This document shows, in pieces, positions 58,937-64,000 of a stretch of DNA of 64,000 nucleotides (its first letter is position 1; each line of letters starts with the position of its first letter). The stretch covers positions 95,165-159,164 of the forward strand of contig CBDIIE010000014.1 in the NCBI GenBank assembly GCA_965279605.1, in the 5' to 3' direction. The position numbers and the translations under genes were made by a program. The notes below the pieces were generated by a model that saw nothing but the letters and a program-made list of their open reading frames with translations, made no database searches and had not been told where the DNA came from. Origin of the DNA: Rhodoglobus sp. (GTDB taxonomy: Bacteria > Actinomycetota > Actinomycetes > Actinomycetales > Microbacteriaceae).

Positions 58937-59716
58937 TCACCAGGTGGAGTCTCCCCGGATGACAACGTCCGAGCCGCCGTCGATAAACACGACCTGACCA
59001 CACAGGTGGGCGTTCTCCTCGCTAGTGAGCCACGCGAGAAGGTAGGCGACATCCCGCGGCTCGAAGATTCCGTTGAGCGGCATGGGCACCATGTCGAGGA
59101 CCGCCTTGCGCGCGTCCTCCGTAGCCGTCAAATCTGCCGTCATTGGTGTCGCGACGACCCCCGGTGCGATCGCGTTGAGGGGGATGCCGGCACCCGCCCA
59201 CGCGGGAGTTGCCGCGTTACGCCGAATCCACTTCGCGAGGGCCCGTTTTGTTGTGCCGTAGATCTGGCCGGACAACTCGGCGCTTGCGGCAAGCTCCTCA
59301 CCGCGGGCGAGAGCAGCGGGCTCGTTGCCCGCCAGGAGCGCCTCGAGCAACGTGGTATCCGGCGGAAACAGCGATGCCATGGACGCGGTGGCTACCGCGC
59401 GTGGCGCGTCGGAGGATGCAAGAAGGGGACGAAGCCCTTCGAGCGTTGCGACCGCACCAAAGAAGTTGACGGCAACGGTCGCGGCCGTCGGGGTCGCAAG
59501 ACCGGCATTGGCGATGATGGCGTCGATCTTTCCGCCGCTGACCTCAGTGATCTTGCGGACGAGATCGGTGCGCCCCTCCGGCGCCGACAAGTCAACGACG
59601 ACCTCAACATCCCGGATGTCGACACCAATGACCCGATGACCACGTTCGACAAGAAGCTCCGCCGTGGCCTTGCCGATGCCGCTCGCGGCACCCGTAACTA
59701 CGTAAGTACGAGACAT
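58937..59716 (-). CDS. SDR oxidoreductase (3-alpha-HSD-like)
   Basis: TGAASGIG, NAG, YGTTK catalytic motif, DGG; start MSRTY inferred. Confidence 0.88.
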   Translation of the reverse strand: MSRTYVVTGAASGIGKATAELLVERGHRVIGVDIRDVEVVVDLSAPEGRTDLVRKITEVSGGKIDAIIANAGLATPTAATVAVNFFGAVATLEGLRPLLASSDAPRAVATASMASLFPPDTTLLEALLAGNEPAALARGEELAASAELSGQIYGTTKRALAKWIRRNAATPAWAGAGIPLNAIAPGVVATPMTADLTATEDARKAVLDMVPMPLNGIFEPRDVAYLLAWLTSEENAHLCGQVVFIDGGSDVVIRGDSTW

Positions 59717-59832
59717 GTCAACTCCACTGTGTGACTCGCGGGAACACCCCGATACCTCAATGGTACGCCTGCTGTATGTGATGGCCAAGGCCCAAGGTCC
59801 CCCGGGCCGATGTGCTAGCTAGGCTCGACCGT

Positions 59833-60924
59833 ATGGTCATCGAGCTCAGTCGAGACGCCGCACGACGCATCGCGATTCGTGCACAACTCCTCGATGCACA
59901 ACGACCCACCGACCTGCTTGAGGTCATTCACCAGCTCACCTTCGTACAACTGGAACCCACCGCGGCCGTGGCACCCACCGCCGACCTGGTGTTGTGGAGC
60001 AGGTTGGGAGGCAACTACGAGCCCAACGACCTCACCCACGGCCTCGAGCGGGACGCCACCCTATTTGAGCTCGATCTTCTCGTGCGCCCGATGGAGGACC
60101 TGCCCCTGTTCAGGGCCGAGATGGCCGTGTGGCCCGAGGCCGAGTCGACGGCCCGGTGGCTGGACGACAACGAGGAGTTCCGGGGCGACATCCTCGACCT
60201 CCTGGAGGTGGATGGTCCACTCGTCGCGGCAGAGATCCCTGATACCAGCATCGTGTCGTGGCCGTCGAGCGGCTGGAACAACAATCGCAACGTGATGATG
60301 ATGCTGCAGTGCCTCATGATGCGCGGAGACGTGGCGGTGGCGGGCAGGCGTGGTCGCGACCGCCTCTGGGACCTCGCCGAGCGGGTGTACCACGCCGACA
60401 CGCCCAGTGTTTCCGTCGACGAGGCCCGGCGCATCCGAAACCATCGGCGCCTGAAGGCCCAGGGGGTCGTGTGGGAACGGACCCCGAACCTTCCCGTAGA
60501 GACGACTCGGGTCGGGAGCGCAGGAGACCCCGCAACAATCGATGGGCTCAGGGGCACGTGGCGGGTCGACCCAGTTGCGCTGGATGCGCCCTTCGAGGGC
60601 CGAACCGTGTTGCTGTCGCCGTTTGATGGCCTCATTCGAGACCGACGACGAATGAAGGACCTCTTCGAGTTCGACTATGCCCTCGAAATGTACAAGCCCG
60701 CGGCCAAGCGCCGGTGGGGCTACTACGCGCTGCCGATCCTCCACGGTGATCGCCTCGTGGGCAAGGTGGATGCGGCCGCCGATCGAGACAAGGGTGCTCT
60801 TGTCGTGAACACCATCCACCGCGACGTCCGGTTCGATTCCACCGTGGAGGATGCGGTTGAGAGCGAACTAGTCTCCTTGGCCGGGTGGCTTGGCCTGCGG
60901 CTCGTCCACGGCAGAGGGGAATAG
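59833..60924 (+). CDS. YcaQ/AlkZ-like winged-helix DNA glycosylase family protein
   Basis: LSRDAARRIAIRAQ, LVLWSRLG, LLSPFD, YALEMYKPAAKRRWGYYALPILHG; TAGGCT-N7-ATG. Confidence 0.85.
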   Translation: MVIELSRDAARRIAIRAQLLDAQRPTDLLEVIHQLTFVQLEPTAAVAPTADLVLWSRLGGNYEPNDLTHGLERDATLFELDLLVRPMEDLPLFRAEMAVWPEAESTARWLDDNEEFRGDILDLLEVDGPLVAAEIPDTSIVSWPSSGWNNNRNVMMMLQCLMMRGDVAVAGRRGRDRLWDLAERVYHADTPSVSVDEARRIRNHRRLKAQGVVWERTPNLPVETTRVGSAGDPATIDGLRGTWRVDPVALDAPFEGRTVLLSPFDGLIRDRRRMKDLFEFDYALEMYKPAAKRRWGYYALPILHGDRLVGKVDAAADRDKGALVVNTIHRDVRFDSTVEDAVESELVSLAGWLGLRLVHGRGE

Positions 60925-60952
60925 CGGAGCGGGCGCGCACGCTGGACTTGCT

Positions 60953-61963
60953 ATGACAAAGATCGGCTTCCTCACCTTTGGCCACTGGCAGCCAGTCGCT
61001 GGCTCGCTCGTGCGTACCGCACAGGACGCGCTCACGCAGACCATTGAGCTCGCGGTGGCGGCCGAGGAGGTTGGTGTGGATGGCGCGTTCGTGCGAGTCC
61101 ATCACTTTGCCCCGCAGCTCGCCTCTCCCTTTCCGCTCCTCGCCGCCATGGCCGCACGCACCTCACGTATTGAGATTGGCACCGGCGTCATCGACATGAG
61201 GTACGAGAACCCGCTGTACATGGCGGAGGAGGCCGCGGTCGCCGACCTGATCAGTGGCGGCCGACTTCAGCTAGGCATCAGTCGCGGCTCACCCGAGACC
61301 GCCCTGCGGGGCTTTGAGTCGTTTGGCTACGTTCCCGAGGACGGCGACGACGGGTCGATGGCGCGAGAGCACGCAGCGGTCTTCCGTGCGGCGATCGCTG
61401 GCGCGGGTGTGGCCCAAGCCAACCCTCGCATGACGGGATCCTCCGGTGCGCTCGCCATCCAGCCGCTCTCCCCCGGCCTGGAAGATCGCATCTGGTGGGG
61501 GTCCGGCACCCGAGCAACCGCCGAATGGACGGCAGAGCAAGGCATGAACCTCATGAGTTCGACACTGCTCACCGAGGACACGGGCGTGCCGTTCGATCAA
61601 CTGCAGGCCGAGCAAATCGCGCGGTACCGAGCGAGCTGGGCAGCGGCCGGCTGGGAACGCGAGCCTCGGGTATCGGTGAGTCGGAGCATCCTGCCGATCT
61701 TCGACGACCAGACGCGGCACTACTTTGGATTGCGCGCGCAGGCGGACGCCCAAGACCAGGTTGGCATGCTCGATGGCGCCCTGTCTCGGTTTGGCCGCAG
61801 CTACATCGGCGAGCCACACGTGATTGCCGCCGAGTTGGCACAGGATGCGGCCGTTGCTGCGGCCGACACCGTGCTCGTGACGGTTCCGAATCAGCTCGGT
61901 GTGGACTTCAACGCGCGTGTGCTCGGGAGCATCATGCGCGACATCGTGCCAGCCCTCGGCTAA
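60953..61963 (+). CDS. LLM class flavin-dependent oxidoreductase
   Basis: IGFLTFGHW, RVHHF, IEIGTGVIDMRYENP, GRLQLGISRG. Confidence 0.9.
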   Translation: MTKIGFLTFGHWQPVAGSLVRTAQDALTQTIELAVAAEEVGVDGAFVRVHHFAPQLASPFPLLAAMAARTSRIEIGTGVIDMRYENPLYMAEEAAVADLISGGRLQLGISRGSPETALRGFESFGYVPEDGDDGSMAREHAAVFRAAIAGAGVAQANPRMTGSSGALAIQPLSPGLEDRIWWGSGTRATAEWTAEQGMNLMSSTLLTEDTGVPFDQLQAEQIARYRASWAAAGWEREPRVSVSRSILPIFDDQTRHYFGLRAQADAQDQVGMLDGALSRFGRSYIGEPHVIAAELAQDAAVAAADTVLVTVPNQLGVDFNARVLGSIMRDIVPALG

Positions 61964-62023
61964 AAGCCGCCGCGTTCACCGTAGCGTTGGACGGGGCCAA
62001 CCACCCCGGCCCAGTATGAGTAC

Positions 62024-62914
62024 ATGACACGTCGGGGCATCATCCTCTTCGCGGCCCTCGGGCTGATCTGGGGTATTCCCTACTTGTTCATTAAGGTCGC
62101 GGTAGCCGAACTGACGCCCGAGATGCTGGTGCTCGCGCGGTGCGCAGTCGCAGCCCTCGTGCTGCTCCCGATCGCCGCCTACCGGCGAGCACTGGTGCCG
62201 GTGCTGCGGCGATGGAAGCCGCTTCTTGCGTTTGCGATCGTCGAGATTGTGTTGCCGTGGTACTTCCTCAACTCGGCGGAGGTCGCGCTCCCCAGTTCGA
62301 CCGCAGGACTCCTGTTGTCTGCGGTGCCGCTGGTCGCGATCGGCATCGCGGTGGTATTCGGGCGTCGCGATCGTGTAACGGCCATCAACTGGGTCGGCAT
62401 CGTGATCGGGATGCTCGGCGTCGCCGCAATCGTGGGGCTCGACCTCGCCGGATCGAACCTGCCCGACGTCGCGAAACTCCTCGTTGTTGTCGTGGGATAC
62501 GCCCTTGGTCCCGCGATTCTTGCGCGATGGATGTCGGATCTGCCAGGCGTGGGGGTTATCGCTGCGGCGCTGGCAATCAGCGCTCTCCTCTACCTACCGG
62601 TCGTGGGGCTCACCGGTGGATGGCCCGCGGCGATTCCCTCCATCCCGACCATCACTGCAGTTCTTGTTCTCGCCATCGTCTGCAGTGCGGTGGCGTTCCT
62701 GGTGATGTTCGCGCTGGTCGCTGAGATCGGTCCCATCCGCATGACCGCGATCACCTACGTGAACCCTGCCGTCGCCGTGGTGGCGGGGGCTCTGGTGCTC
62801 GGCGAGACCGTCAGCGCGTGGACGATCGTCGGTTTTGTGCTGATTCTGGTCGGCTGTGCACTGGTGACTCGACCCGATCGGGCCGGAGTAGACAACCCAG
62901 TCTCAAACAGTTAG
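62024..62914 (+). CDS. EamA/DMT family transporter
   Basis: Ten hydrophobic segments, IWGIPYLFIK, YVNPAVAV...LGE. Confidence 0.9.
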   Translation: MTRRGIILFAALGLIWGIPYLFIKVAVAELTPEMLVLARCAVAALVLLPIAAYRRALVPVLRRWKPLLAFAIVEIVLPWYFLNSAEVALPSSTAGLLLSAVPLVAIGIAVVFGRRDRVTAINWVGIVIGMLGVAAIVGLDLAGSNLPDVAKLLVVVVGYALGPAILARWMSDLPGVGVIAAALAISALLYLPVVGLTGGWPAAIPSIPTITAVLVLAIVCSAVAFLVMFALVAEIGPIRMTAITYVNPAVAVVAGALVLGETVSAWTIVGFVLILVGCALVTRPDRAGVDNPVSNS

Positions 62915-62929
62915 GGTTTTTACACCCTA
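62912..62929. promoter_or_regulatory. Palindrome TAGGGT-N6-ACCCTA upstream of the I36-family gene
   Basis: Perfect 6-bp arms seen directly, about 40 nt before the start codon. Confidence 0.35.
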
Positions 62930-62970
62930 TAGCAACGGTCCGCACCGTTCACCAGAAACACGAACGAAAG

Positions 62971-63402
62971 GTGCGGATCATCAAGACGCGCATTACGTCC
63001 ATCACGCTCGCCGCGGCCGCGGCTCTTCTGAGCCTCGCGGTCGCTACCCCGGCACACGCTGCAGCGAGCGACTGCCCGTCGGGAAGCGCCTGCATCTGGC
63101 GCGAGGCGGGGTACGTGACCGGCTCGAGCGGCACCAATTACCTCAGCTTCTCGCAGTACCAGGCCAACTATGTCTCGGTGCAGTACAGGGACAAAGTCTC
63201 CGGCAATGACACCGCAGACTCCGTCTACAACAACGGAAACTACGAGTCGACCCGCTGGTACGAGCACTGGTTCCACGGTGGCAGCTACTTCACGCTGCCG
63301 CGGAAGGTCGGAGACAGCGACCTCAATAACACCACCGGCGCGGTCGCGAGCAACTGGCACGATCGCATCTCGTCCGCCTACTTCGCGAGCTTCTGGCCGT
63401 GA
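62971..63402 (+). CDS. Secreted peptidase inhibitor I36 / beta-gamma-crystallin-like protein
   Basis: Signal peptide ending AHA, DCPSGSACIW, SVYNNG and DRISS motifs; start codon uncertain. Confidence 0.72.
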   Translation: MRIIKTRITSITLAAAAALLSLAVATPAHAAASDCPSGSACIWREAGYVTGSSGTNYLSFSQYQANYVSVQYRDKVSGNDTADSVYNNGNYESTRWYEHWFHGGSYFTLPRKVGDSDLNNTTGAVASNWHDRISSAYFASFWP

Positions 63403-64000
63403 TGCCACAGCGCTCACTCCGAACCGGGGCGAGCGTTGTGGCCGCGATGGGGGTCGGTGTGGTGCTGGCGGCATGCAGCACAGCACCGACTCCCGAGCTG
63501 GATCTGCCCGAACAGAACCAGGCTCGATGGGTCCAGCCGCTCGACCAGTACACCCCAGCCGACACCATCGCGGCGGACTACGCCGAGAACCTTCTGATGC
63601 AACCGTGTATGGAAAAGCGAGGCTTCGACTGGAACGTGCCGTGGCGTGATGTCTCCGCCGGCCCCAGTGAGACCTCGAGCGACGCGGGCCGCAAGCTCTT
63701 CACCGTGGAGATCGCCCGCAAGTATGGCTATCGCTCCGGTCCGAACCCGGACAGCGGAATTAACGCGTGGCTCGAGTTCATGGAGCAGGAGCTGTCGGAC
63801 GCAAAGGTCGCCGCGATCGACGAGTGCATCGCCGAGGCTCGCGAGACCCTTCCGCTCCTTCCCGGCGAGACACAACTCGCCCTGGACCTCACGAGCGCCG
63901 CGTTTAATGGAGCCCTCGAGGATCCCGATGTCGCCGACGCCGCTCGCGCGTGGCACGAGTGCATGAAGGACTCGGGGATTCCCGACCTGCCCGACGAACC
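63402..64000 (+). CDS. Uncharacterised lipoprotein, partial (runs off the window end; absent from the ORF track)
   Basis: My translation: MPQRSLRTG...GVVLAAC lipobox, PCMEKRGF, YGY, ECIAE, WHECMKDSG; ATG shares a base with the upstream TGA; no stop to 64000. Confidence 0.78.
   Translation, partial: MPQRSLRTGASVVAAMGVGVVLAACSTAPTPELDLPEQNQARWVQPLDQYTPADTIAADYAENLLMQPCMEKRGFDWNVPWRDVSAGPSETSSDAGRKLFTVEIARKYGYRSGPNPDSGINAWLEFMEQELSDAKVAAIDECIAEARETLPLLPGETQLALDLTSAAFNGALEDPDVADAARAWHECMKDSGIPDLPDE

Noticed and set aside
1-64000. rRNA, tRNA, IS elements, integrases, prophage
   Set aside because: None recognised by eye; the intergenic spaces are short and accounted for. tRNAscan-SE, Infernal and ISEScan would confirm

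Overview
High-GC actinobacterial chromosome segment. Gene content and order fit the family Microbacteriaceae (inference from known synteny, no search run). It is almost entirely core genome. It carries the division/cell-wall cluster (mraZ-rsmH-ftsL-ftsI-murE-murF-mraY-murD-ftsW-murG-murC-ftsQ-ftsZ-yggS-sepF-yggT-divIVA, minus strand), rluA-dnaE and hisD-nrdR-pyrD. It also carries the idsA/Rv2175c/LysM/PASTA-kinase/DAHP-synthase block, pyc flanked by two ParA/MinD ATPases, and the garA-ftsR-mcdR-like block. The right end is more accessory: flotillin, Pr6Pr, a P-type ATPase, rlmN, an SDR, a YcaQ-like glycosylase, an LLM, a DMT, an I36-family secreted protein and a lipoprotein. I saw no rRNA, tRNA, CRISPR or IS. 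About eight single-base frameshifts hit pyrD (x2), hisD, ftsZ (x2), ftsQ, ftsL and probably the LysM gene; they are most likely consensus-sequence errors. The most interesting signals are: (i) a shared promoter architecture (GACAC, 37 nt, TACCnT, then a 22-bp dyad) upstream of both ftsZ and the McdR-like gene; (ii) four 9-bp GTCACA repeats before a secreted lytic transglycosylase; (iii) a P-type ATPase with IPLGL in place of PEGL, next to a Thr/His AIG1-like membrane protein and flotillin; (iv) an I36-family secreted protein coupled to a lipoprotein; (v) lspA absent from its usual slot. All functional calls are from motif recognition and memory, not from database searches.
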